From Thalia democratica (Eukaryota), in NCBI GenBank assembly GCA_965202585.1, contig OZ241827.1, positions 10,788,001-10,852,000 of the forward strand: DNA of 64,000 nt, written 5' to 3'. The translations under genes and the position numbers were made by a program. The first letter of the stretch is position 1. Each line of letters opens with the position of its first letter. Of the stretch, positions 13,131 to 24,421 are shown piece after piece. The notes below the pieces were generated by a model. The model ran no database searches. It was not told the origin of the DNA and saw nothing but the letters and a program-made list of their open reading frames with translations.

Positions 13131-16100
13131 CCCATACGTTTTACTGTGATGTATTTAAAGGCAACTTGTTTTTTTTTTGTTGAGTAGCAATAACCTCACA
13201 AGCTTTATTCATCTACTATATATGTCACTTACACTGTTTATAAAATTTTTGATAAATATAGCTTATTTTCTATGCTCAGTGAACTAATTTTGTTATTGTT
13301 TCGGTTTTTATTGCATAAAAAATTCAAACAAATTTATTGGTATTAAAAAATTATTATTTTAAAAGAATCATATTTTTATAAATCTATGTTTAATTAATGT
13401 ATAGTTTTTAAATTGCTCTGAAGACAAAGTATGAAAATATTTTGTTTTAATTTGTCGATATTACAACTTTATTTTACAGGCTATAGTTTTTCGATTATAA
13501 AACTGTAAATTATCACGCTGCACAAGTTTTAGAGTTTCAATTATTTGTGTCAAACAAGTTTAATCATTCTCGTAGCTTATTTAATTATAAAGTACTTGAA
13601 AGTATTGAGTGAGCAACAACTAAACTTGCATACGAAAACCTTCAAAGACAGTTTTGATAAACAATTTTTGAAAAGACCGTACAATAGTTACGATGATTAA
13701 GAAACAGCATAGTGGTTATCGTATATGTGTAGCATTATTAACAAAAATACAATTTAAGCAACGAAACACAAACAAGTATGTAATTAAACTTAATTTTTCC
13801 TAAACAAGTTCAAAATACACAGATTAATTTCATAACACTGATAAAAAACTTTCCCGTTTATTTACTCATAAATAGTTTAAAACGTTGTAATGCTTTAATA
13901 CTCATGTAAACAAGTTTTAGAGTGAGAACTACAAGAGTAATTTCAAAACAAGATAAAAAAACTTGTTTAAGTTTTTTTTAGGTTAACTGACAAAACAGTT
14001 TAAATCTTTTGATGTGCTATGTATCCACTAGTGAACAGGTGAAGACAGTATTACAAATACAGCAGTAAAATATGAGCTTTGTTTTAAAGTATACATTCTA
14101 ATGCTGTGTGTTTAGTTTTACGAAATATTTTTGAAGCTTAAACTAACATGCTTTACAACTTTTATATCAAAATGATACAAACAAATGATATTAATAAAAC
14201 TGAAAACAGTTTATAAAGTTAATATTTATTTTACAATGATTTTTCACTATAATAAAATAATGTTAGTTTAGTAAAAGAAGTTTTAGTTAAACCATCAAAA
14301 AAAAACAGTTTTGCACTAAAATATTCAGTAAAAAACTAAAACGAGTAAAATTATTGTAAGTCGTAAATTATAGTTTTTCTATCACAATCAAATTCTTTTA
14401 AATAGGTAAAATAAATGTAAAACACTTTTTAAAATATATTAAGTATTATCCGATAATGTAAGAACTATATTTTAATCAGTGTAATGATTAAAAAAAGCAT
14501 CACATTGTTTAATAAAAGTTGCAAAAGTTTTATTTTAAAACTACTTTTTGTATTACTAATTTAAAATTGTTTAAACAATAAGGTTTTCGAGTAATTTCTT
14601 AATTAACTTAAATAACTTTTTTAAATACTAGCAATCATTGATTTAAAGAAGTGCCGACCTAATGGGTTTCAATTTGAAGTAGGAAAGTTCTAAATATTTG
14701 TATAACTTTCAGTGTTTGATAAAAACAAAACAATTTATTGTATAAGTTTATAACAAAAAAGCGCGGTAGAAAATAAAAAAAAATATTTTTGAACTTTATT
14801 TTATTATTTATTAACATAATTTATATTTTGAAAGGAAATTCGCTGCTGTGCATACAAAATGTTTAATTAGTTACTTTATATGCTTAACCTTTTTTTTAAT
14901 TCAAGTTTTAAAAGTTAAAATATCTTTACTTTTAATATTTCAACTACTGCTTTTTTTAAGTAATACTTAAGATCAAAAAAAACATTATGGCTTTTTAAAC
15001 ATTAACGCAATCCTTTTAGATTAAAAGTGTAAAACACATCTGTTTTTTTTCAATTTTATATTTCTGTCACTTACAAATAAACTTATTTTAAGTTCATTAT
15101 GATAATGTTTTAATTCTTGTTACATATTTTTTTATAAATCATTGTAACATAACATATTTTAATATCTTTGTAAAACATTTTGTGCAAGAGTCTACAACTC
15201 TTACACTTGATAAATTTGTAAATACTTTTGCTCTTTTTTTCAAGTCGAATAATCTTACGTCAAACAAAACTGTTAATCAGTTTTATGTTGTTTTTAGACA
15301 GCACAAAAATAAACTAAACTCCTTTCAGTAAAGTTTTAAGGATTATGTTGTAATGTATGTAACTTTTACATAATGGTTTTACATAATTTCGTGACAAATT
15401 GACTTAACTATAATCAAAAGTTGAAAGAAGTAAATTTACTATATTTTACAGTTAGTCTTTGCTGACCAGTTAATAAGCTGCCTAGCTATGATTAAACATA
15501 AAAAAACTAAATGCTTTTTACAACACGTTTTAGTCACAAATCCGAATGATATAACTGTTTATTATTAATTACTATTTAACACTACGGTATATGTTTTTAC
15601 TTAGTATGACGTATATGCTGTTTTCATATTTAAAATTTTTTTATAATAGATATTTTTGATAACTAATAATTAATTTAATAGTTTAAATATTTAATTACTA
15701 ATTAAATACTTTTTAAAAGTTTAAGCGTTGTATTAAAAAGCATGGTTGCATACAAATTTTAACTAAGCATTTTCAAAACAAAAACAAGTTCAAATAAGTT
15801 ATAGGTCTCATTTTTTACAAAATTTTGTAAGTTTATGATTTACAAACAAACGTTATAGAACTCAAAATAATGTTATGTTTTATAACTGTAGTAATCTGTA
15901 TAATATTTATTGTACATTGGTACTACAAAAATTAATCTTATAATAAATTGGTTTACTTTTTAAAATATTTACTATAAGCTATAAGTTTTCCGAATATAAT
16001 TAATATTAAACTAAATTTTAAGAATAGAATGTAAAATTAATTAGTAGAAACGTAAGTTCTAGACATAGATAGTAAACAACAAAGTTATAATATAAATATT

Positions 16101-16594
16101 AAGTCTAAAATTTTAATAAAATGCTGGCGGAAAGATGAAACAAATTTACAAACGGATAAATGTTAAAAACCATTCATTTATTTGTTTTTTTATTGTCTAG
16201 TTTTAAAACCTTGCAAACTTTAAGTCTCTTTACTTCCACATTGTTCAATAGTTACATTGTAACTTCAACTGGAACATTTAAGACGGGTTTTTATGACGAC
16301 ATAATTGACGTATTTGCTTCTTAAAATTCTTGAACTGATACTAAAATTTTTATTGTTAGTAAACCAAAATTTTTTATTTAATCAATTTTTTTGTTTCACT
16401 GTAATTCTAAAAAGAAGTGTTAAATGATACTTAATTACTAATAATAAAATAATTTATCTAGAGAAACAAAAAATAAAAACTATATTGAATACTATAGACA
16501 GTACTATACTAAATAGCAAGCTAGTTTTAAACTTTTTACCATAGGTTTTCAGTAGATGCTTATAAAAACAAAATACCAGCTAATTAATGTAAAG

Positions 16595-16760
16595 CAGGGT
16601 TTCCCAATAAAAGGCAAAATGCCCTTTTAGAGGCGGTTTGGCTAACAGCGGACTTAAACTGGTACAGCTAAAATGTAATTGATACATTGACTGTTAAAAA
16701 CGATTCCTTTTCTAACTTCTATCACGGAAGTATTTTTTAAAACAAGTTTGGGAAACACTG
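16595..16760. mobile_element. 166-bp non-autonomous hAT (Buster-type) MITE
   Basis: TIRs CAGGGTTTCCCAA / TTGGGAAACACTG (12/13 match); 8-bp target-site duplication ATGTAAAG / ATTTAAAG (7/8) with the central TA typical of Buster hATs. Confidence 0.85.
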
Positions 16761-16949
16761 ATTTAAAGTAATAGTTTTGCCTTAGCTGCAATGTAAGTTA
16801 ATCTTTTCAAATTTTTTTTTTTTTTTGAAATAACAATTTATCTTTTTTTAATCATTTAGTTATTATTTAGTTTTTCAAACATATTAGCATACAAATGTTT
16901 TTAGAGTTTTGACGGTTATAACAACTATTACAATACAATCTCAAGCTAA

Positions 16950-19900
16950 CAAGCTAAGCAGACTTTTAACTAAATTCTAATAAAATTCATAACTTTTACA
17001 TCATTTCTCTTCATAATTCGAGACTGAATAGCGCCACACAGTGAATTGTTTTTTGATAATTCGTTAACTTAGCTGCACAAAATATTTTCTGCAAATAAAA
17101 AAGAGTATGTTTTAGGCAACACTTTGACTTTTGGGAACAAATTTTATACATTCAAACTTAGTATGAACAAAAGTAATTCAATTACTAGTTGTTTATTTTG
17201 TTTTTTATATCTTTCAAAATAACACAGGTATTTCAAACCAAAAATGTTTTTTACCAGTTTTAAGTTGAATGGTCAAAACATTGTAAACAGATTTAATTTG
17301 ACCCGGCAAAAAAAAATAAAACAATGTAATGCATTTAAACTGAGATTGGTAGATAATTAAGCTGTGTTAAAAACTTTCAATTTAAAAATAAAAAAAAGTA
17401 AAAAGCTTAGCAATCAAACTTAGTGTTAGAAATTAAAAACAATATTAATTTCTTAGACAAAAATACATATATGTTTACTTACAAATTCTTCAATTAATAC
17501 CTTATTACCACTCTAAAGTACTAAATTAAAAATGTGAAAACTCAATTATGAAAAACTTATAAATATTTTTTTTCGTATTTACTTCAAAAAAACTAATTTA
17601 TTCAATGTATGTTTTTATATTTAGTCTATTGTAACTTCAAGTTTATTACTAAACTATAGTAGAATATTTAAAAATGGATCTAAACTAGTTACAAAAGAAG
17701 TTAATCAAAACTAAACACATTTTGTATAAGTTTTGTATAAGTTTTGAATTAAAAAAAAATTAACTGTATGCTTTATATGCAGTCATAAATATTTTAGTTT
17801 TTAATATCAAACAAACATTAAAAATACAAACTCTTTCAACAATCTTTATGCATACAAAACTGCTAACACAATAGTTTTTGATTTATAAAACAAAAAATGC
17901 CTTACACAGCAATAGTTGTTCGCAAAATAAACTTATCTTTATGAAATTTTACATCTGTGTAACTTGTAGTGCTATAAAAATATCAAACTAATAATTTGTA
18001 TACCGTGTTAAAATCATTTGACTTTATTGCATTAACAGCTACTAAATTTAAAATTTAAATTTAAAATATTTCAGTTGTTATTGTAAACTAATTAATTTTT
18101 TCATACCTCTATAAAAGTTTAATTTTTGATTTGTTGGTTTTATAAAACTTAACGTCATTTTTAAACCTAAAATATCTTTATTATACATTTTATTTAAACT
18201 TTTTGAAGTTAGCAAAAAAACAAAATCCAGTTTACGTTTTTTTTTAGCTAACAATAAAACTAGTGATAAAAATTACTAGCCTTATCACTAAAATTATTTC
18301 ATACTTAGCATAAACCAACTTACTTTTGTTCACATTACGAGTAGTGCGTAAAATTTGAAAAATTTCGATTACAGAGTTTAGTTATATTTGAGCTGTTAAC
18401 TATGTGTGTGTTTCATAATAAACAAAAAGTTAGTGATGTTTTAATATACATTATACCTTTAAGCTTAATTATTAGAGTTCTTTTAAGATTAATGTTATAA
18501 TTATTAGATTAGAATCAAAATAATAACCATTTTTATAATTGGTTAAATGTTAAAACATTGAATTTATTCTTTCTAATTATTTCTCATCCAGTAGTTAAGA
18601 TCTCTATTTGTTTTCTTAAAACCAAAACATAAAATAGTAAAAGTTAAAACTATAATATTACATTTGTTTAAAACTTTTCTTTATAGTTAAAAAAAACTAA
18701 GAATTTTCAAAAGTACACCAATATGAAAAATTTTTAGCAATTTAATAATAGTTTAAAGTTGACCTGTTATATATAAAAACTGTTCACATTAATTGTATTT
18801 CAAACATTAAAAATTCATTATTTTTGTTTACACAAAGTAACATAGCAATTTGTTTTTTTCCATACGTAGGAAATATGGAACTATAGTTATTCAAAGTCTA
18901 TTTTTATTAAAGTTAATTAATTTTTGAAATTGGATACAAAACAAAGTAAATATTTCGTTTACCATTAAAATATCTTTCTAAGACACAACAGGCTAGGTGA
19001 TCTTATACTATAGTTTATTGAACGAAAAAAGAAGACACTCAAAATACTCGGTCCTAGGACCGAATGCACAAAGAACCTTTTGGTTATCGAGTCGCACACC
19101 ACGGATACCTTTTAACGTCTTGTCCAGGAATTATAATGAGTTAAAACTTATATTTTAAACTATTCGAGTAGAAAATTGATGCCTAATAGTTTTACCTGAA
19201 GTTTATAAGTTTATTTGGTGTATTAAAGCAAATTACCAATAGTTTTCTTTTTAGTATTAAAAATTTTAGATGCATTTACAAACTTGGAAAACTTTTTTTT
19301 TAATTTAATACTTTATATTTATTGTGTACAATAAAGTTTAATCTATAAAAGTCTATAAAATACTTTTTAGCTTTGTTTTGTAGGAACATATAGAATCTAG
19401 TTCAAATATTTTAGAAGATTTATCTATAAGAATATTTTTAAATTGAATTAGTTATTAATTTCCAACTATATTACTAAGTTGGTATTATTATAAACATAAT
19501 GTTAGGCAAACAATTTTATACTACTATATCTTAGTTATAAAGCTTAAACTAGAAACTTTAACATCGTTTAACCAATTCAAAACATTATATTCTTTGACTT
19601 AATTCAATTTCAAAAAGTGGTCTTATTTTGATTTTTTATTAAATGAAAAAAATTAAAATAACTTGATGTAGAGAGTTACAAATCTGAGTATTATTTCAAA
19701 TATACAATTTTCGTTGTAACTTTAGCTTTTATAGAACTAAGTAAAAATAGCAAAAACTAAAATTGAGACTATTTATTTAAGAAGATAGTTTTTAATTTTC
19801 AAAATTGAAATTGACAATTATTTTTCTTAGTTTTATTAATTAAAATTTCTTCTAGTTTTAACACTTGAACTTAAAAAAAGACACTAAAAGTCTTAAAAGT

Positions 19901-20345
19901 TCTAATAATAAAACTTGATTTCTTTAACCATTCCCAGTTTCAACTTATACATATAAATGTAATTTTATGTACATTTTTCATCAATAAGTTCTTATGTTTG
20001 CCTTATATAATTATATTTTGTAACAAAAACAGTCACTTGAAAACTATTTTATTACCAAAAACTAATATTATTAATGATAGTTCACAATAATCAAAGTATA
20101 ACTTCTTCAAAAAGTACAAAACTATACCTAAAATTTTTTTACAAGTGAATTAATAATTACTTTTAGTTTCTACACCCATCATACTTCAATTGAAATTATA
20201 AATTTTAAATTATTAGGTGGGGAATTTTACTTTTTCAGTATAAATGACAACTTTGTAAAGTTTGTGGTTTATATTTTTCGGCATACCACTGTTTCTAAGT
20301 GGTACTATTGTTAATATATATGTGTTTTTATAACGTGGTAAATAC
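16950..20345. repeat. Degenerate duplicated unit, copy C (most diverged)
   Basis: CTGAATAGCGCCACA (17025) matches 2259; further blocks match 4085, 4682, 5140. Boundaries approximate. Confidence 0.65.
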
Positions 20346-22173
20346 AATTCTATTGTTGCTGTTTTAGTTAAGACTTAAAATAAAATATGAAATTGCATGT
20401 TTTTAAGATAATACTTGAATTTTAAAAGTGTTATGTATTGATGTTCGGATTTTATTTGTAAAAAACCACAAAACTACAAACTTGAACTATTTATAACTGA
20501 TATCATTTGTCAAACAGTTTAATTTAGTTTGCTTTCTTATTTTCACACTGTCAGCTTTATTAGTCAAAATAGTATAGAGTCTAAGTCTTAGTTTTATAAC
20601 AAGTTGTCTTAGATTGACTTAATTTTGACAATATCTAAATGCAACTTATTGTAAATCAAAAATGAACATTTATAAGTTTTTATTGCATCAATAAAATTTA
20701 CAGCGTTTACATAAAACGCTGTAAAATAGGTCAAAAAAAAATCAAGTTGTTGTAAAAAAATGTACTTTAACAAAATGTGTAAAAACTTACTCAAGTTAAT
20801 TGTAGCTTGTTTGTGCTTTTTAACTTGTGAAATATTTTAAGATAAAAAGTTATATGTATGTTAATCTACTTTTTTTAGTTTTTTTTTAATTAATCTAGGT
20901 ATTTTAAGTTAAGCTTTTCAAAAATGTCTTTTAGTTTGTAGTTTTGTACTTGTCTTTTCTGTGACAGTTGACGTTTCTTCTGTTGAAGCAATGACACGCC
21001 ACGTCAATGCTTCCATGTGATTAACTGAAAGTTTTTAGTACTTAATACCAATTACTACAAAGAGTTGTAGAAAGAATATTTTAGCTTTCAAAAAGTGTTG
21101 CATAAAAAGAAGTGTAAATGTCTTAATACTTAACTGCGTAGCACGTTTAGTTTATTTATTATTTTTAGTAAAAGTATTTTTTTTGCTGGAAAACGAGATT
21201 AAAAGACAATATAACTCATTTTAAACATTTTTTGTCTTAATTTTATTAATTTTAAATTACCTAACAAAATAAGTAGAATATTACAACACTATCACCACTG
21301 TTTATCAAAGACCATCGAATATGTTTACCAGTCGTCAATACAAGTATGTAAAAAATGTTCTGTCAAAGCAAAAACCATAATTTTCTAAATTTATATTTTG
21401 TTAGGCTATAAACATAATAAGATAAAGTATTTTTTAGATTCTAATAGTTACATATACATTGAAATTAAATCAAAATAATATTATGTTGTTAACACAGTAT
21501 AACATTTCTCAATCGTTTAGAAAAAAACTGTGTTAACTAACAATTATTGTTTTTCAAACACTAAACCGAAAGAAATTAAAAAAAAAACAGACTTAGTTTA
21601 ACTTAACAATATTTTTGTTTTGCTTACCTCTTGAGTTTATAACTTTCTTATTTATTAATTAGTGTCGTCTGTTCCGTTTGATCATTTGTGCTAAGCTAAT
21701 TATACATACACTCTTACAAAAATTTCTATACGCTGCATATACAATTTAACCTGTTAGCTTCATTATTAATTTGATTTAGTCAAGTTAATCTTATCATTAA
21801 AAGCTAAACACATACGAATTCATAAAGTTTACAGTTAGAAATAAACATGTACTCAACAACTTTATATAAAGTTATAGTAAATGTATGATATATCTACTGT
21901 TTATATCTCCTACCAATATAGTAAGTTTGTCATATATTTTAAGTATTAATTGATACATGTGTTATACATATTTGTTACATTTAAAGTATAAATCTAACAA
22001 CATTTTACCTGAAAAAACTCGTAGTAAATATATACTAATATATTACATGTCTGATTTACTTGTAATGAATGTTTGATACACATATAACATGTACCTGACA
22101 GTTTGAGGTAATTACCCCGTACATTCATTAATATCTGACGACATGGTAAATTTACTTTTAAGTGTTTGTAAAT

Positions 22174-22980
22174 ATGTCAAAAAAGTTAATACTCAACCCT
22201 GATGACTCTGAGGAGCAGAAGGGAGCAGCAGCTCTTGAATTTTTCGAGAACGAGTTCAAGAAAACTCGGCAAGGCTTCGACGAACTCCGCGACTCCTGGA
22301 ATAAGGCCTTCGACTACCTTGTGCCTAAAAAAATCAGCGAAGGTGCCGAGGTGAACAATGTCCCGGGTATTAGAACGGACGGTAAAAAAGTGCCTGGAGC
22401 AGCTCAAAAAACTACGACTAAGCACGCAAAACCTAAAGTTGTGACCAAACATACAGAATCTGAAGTTGTGACTAAATCTGTAACACCTGAAGTTAGGAAT
22501 ACAACTACAAATCCTGAAGTTGTGGCTGAATCTGCGAAACCTGATATTGTTGCTGTACCTGCGAAATCTGAAATCTTAACAGAATTTGCGAAACCTGAAG
22601 CTCCGATTACACCTGCAAATCCTGATGTTAAGAAAATAACTACGAAAACTGAGGTTAAAACTGCACCTGTAGAAGGTGACGATTCAACTTCTGTCAAGGT
22701 AGTTTCTACAAGCGCTGTGCGGACTGCTGTGGACCGGCCACCTGCATCAAACTGTGATTTATCCTTTGATGATGGCGTTGTTGCATTGCATGAAACGGTG
22801 AATGATACAAAGACTGAAGCACCAAGTTTTAAAGGTCATATGCGTGTTCCAGATCAATCTGTTGAAGTAGTGGAAAATACTGTTGAGCAGGTGAAAGATC
22901 AAACCGATGTAGCTAACCAAAACCAAACTCAGTATGCTGAGAAAACAGACACTGAAGCAAAAATCCAAGATGAAGAGTAA
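22174..22980 (+). CDS. Intronless 268-aa hypothetical protein, T/E/K/V/P-rich and probably disordered, with 9-aa repeats
   Basis: 807-nt ORF from ATG 22174 to TAA 22980 in DNA where chance ORFs are short; raised GC; frame-preserving 27-bp repeats; AATAAA at ~23020. No recognisable domain. Confidence 0.75.
   Translation: MSKKLILNPDDSEEQKGAAALEFFENEFKKTRQGFDELRDSWNKAFDYLVPKKISEGAEVNNVPGIRTDGKKVPGAAQKTTTKHAKPKVVTKHTESEVVTKSVTPEVRNTTTNPEVVAESAKPDIVAVPAKSEILTEFAKPEAPITPANPDVKKITTKTEVKTAPVEGDDSTSVKVVSTSAVRTAVDRPPASNCDLSFDDGVVALHETVNDTKTEAPSFKGHMRVPDQSVEVVENTVEQVKDQTDVANQNQTQYAEKTDTEAKIQDEE
22423..22665 (+). repeat. In-frame 27-bp (9-aa) tandem repeat, about 9 degenerate units
   Basis: HAKPKVVTK / HTESEVVTK / SVTPEVRNT / TTNPEVVAE / SAKPDIVAV / PAKSEILTE / FAKPEAPIT / PANPDVKKI / TTKTEVKTA. 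Confidence 0.8.
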
Positions 22981-24421
22981 AACTGACAGACAATCTGATG
23001 GATAAAGAGTAATGCTTGAAATAAATGATAATATTTTACAGTAAAACTAAATGTTTTATAATCTTGTTTAGTTGTTTCATGTTTGTGTTTTTCAATTGCA
23101 GTTTTTCGTTTAGCGTCTTTATGTTTGTGTTCGTATTGATTAATAAACTAAGTTGACACAAAATGTCCTCTTTTTAATTTTCAATTGGTTAATTAGCTTA
23201 AAAGTTCATCCTTTTTAGTATTTGAAAGAATGAAAAGTGTGTTTTGCGGCTTATATAAAACTAATGATCAACAAACAGCTACATAACTAGATTAATTCAA
23301 AAAAACTTAAAGATAGTTTCAAGAAGTTTGAAAAATTCATTAAGTAGTGTTTTTAAACCAAACTAAGACCGAAAAATGTGAATCTTTGAACTAAACTTTT
23401 AAATGTATTTGATTTCTTAAAAATTACATAATGCTTCCCTAGACTTTAGTTTTGGTCACTTCATAGAAGCCTTAATCTAATTCAGCTTATTTTAAAAGTA
23501 ACAATTAGTTTACTACCTAACCAAGTTTTGAATTTTTAAAAAATATAAAATATTGTATCACTTCAACATTTAAAAATAGAGTTAAGAAAAAAGAGGCAAA
23601 AAATTAAGAGTAGAAAAAAAGGTGGTAGCAAGTTGATAAATAGCAAAAAAACAAATTTTAAGTTCTTATATGACATTTTTCTTGAATTTGATAAATTTTT
23701 AAGTAAAATTCTGAAAATTAGTTCGAAAATAGATTGTTGATGTTTTTACGAAGAGTTTTAAACTTATGTTTAGACAATTCTTTGTAACAAATAGTTTATA
23801 AATATCATTCTTGAGAAATGTAAGAAGTTCAATAAATGTTTATTTTGTGTTATGAGCTAAAATTAAATTCCGAAATTTGATTTTGTAATTAAATATAGTG
23901 GTAAAATTTATCTTTTGTATAATTTCTTGATTTAGTGACGCATTAAGACTTAAAAGTGTAATAAAAGAGTTCAATGTAAAAACGAGTTTAAACTATTTGT
24001 TTTTTTATTTGAAACTAAATTATTTAAATGATTGAGTTGAAATCGTTTAATACCTACACAATAGTTTATTGCGCTAAAGACAAAAAATACAACAAAAAAG
24101 TGAACAAGAAGTTGGAAAATTGTCTTGAAAACTTTGTGGTTTAATTTTATTATAAATATTAAATGGAAAAATGAAAAAATTACAAAATTTTATAAATGCT
24201 TATTTTAATTAAGTAAAAATATTTTTAATTGGCTGCCATATTTTATTGAGTAAGTCTAATAAGCTAATTACGAATATATCACTAAATAAATTGTTTTTTA
24301 GAATAGAATTCTCTAAGTGTTCGCATTCAATATAACTTGTCGTGTATTTTAAGATTTTTTAAATTTATATGGTTATTTTTCATTTTCATTTTTTTTTAAT
24401 ACTTTTACTTCTGTTTATCAG

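Noticed and set aside
20920-21030. GC-richer patch with CCACGTCA (UPRE/CRE-like) and short open frames on both strands
   Set aside because: A single 8-mer is not evidence, and no splice partner or start could be assigned.
21290-21365. Minus-strand HFLHTCIDDW resembling part of a RING-H2 motif
   Set aside because: Immediately followed by a stop, and the other Cys ligands are missing.
22186-22968. Three minus-strand ORFs
   Set aside because: Antisense shadows of the 22174-22980 ORF.
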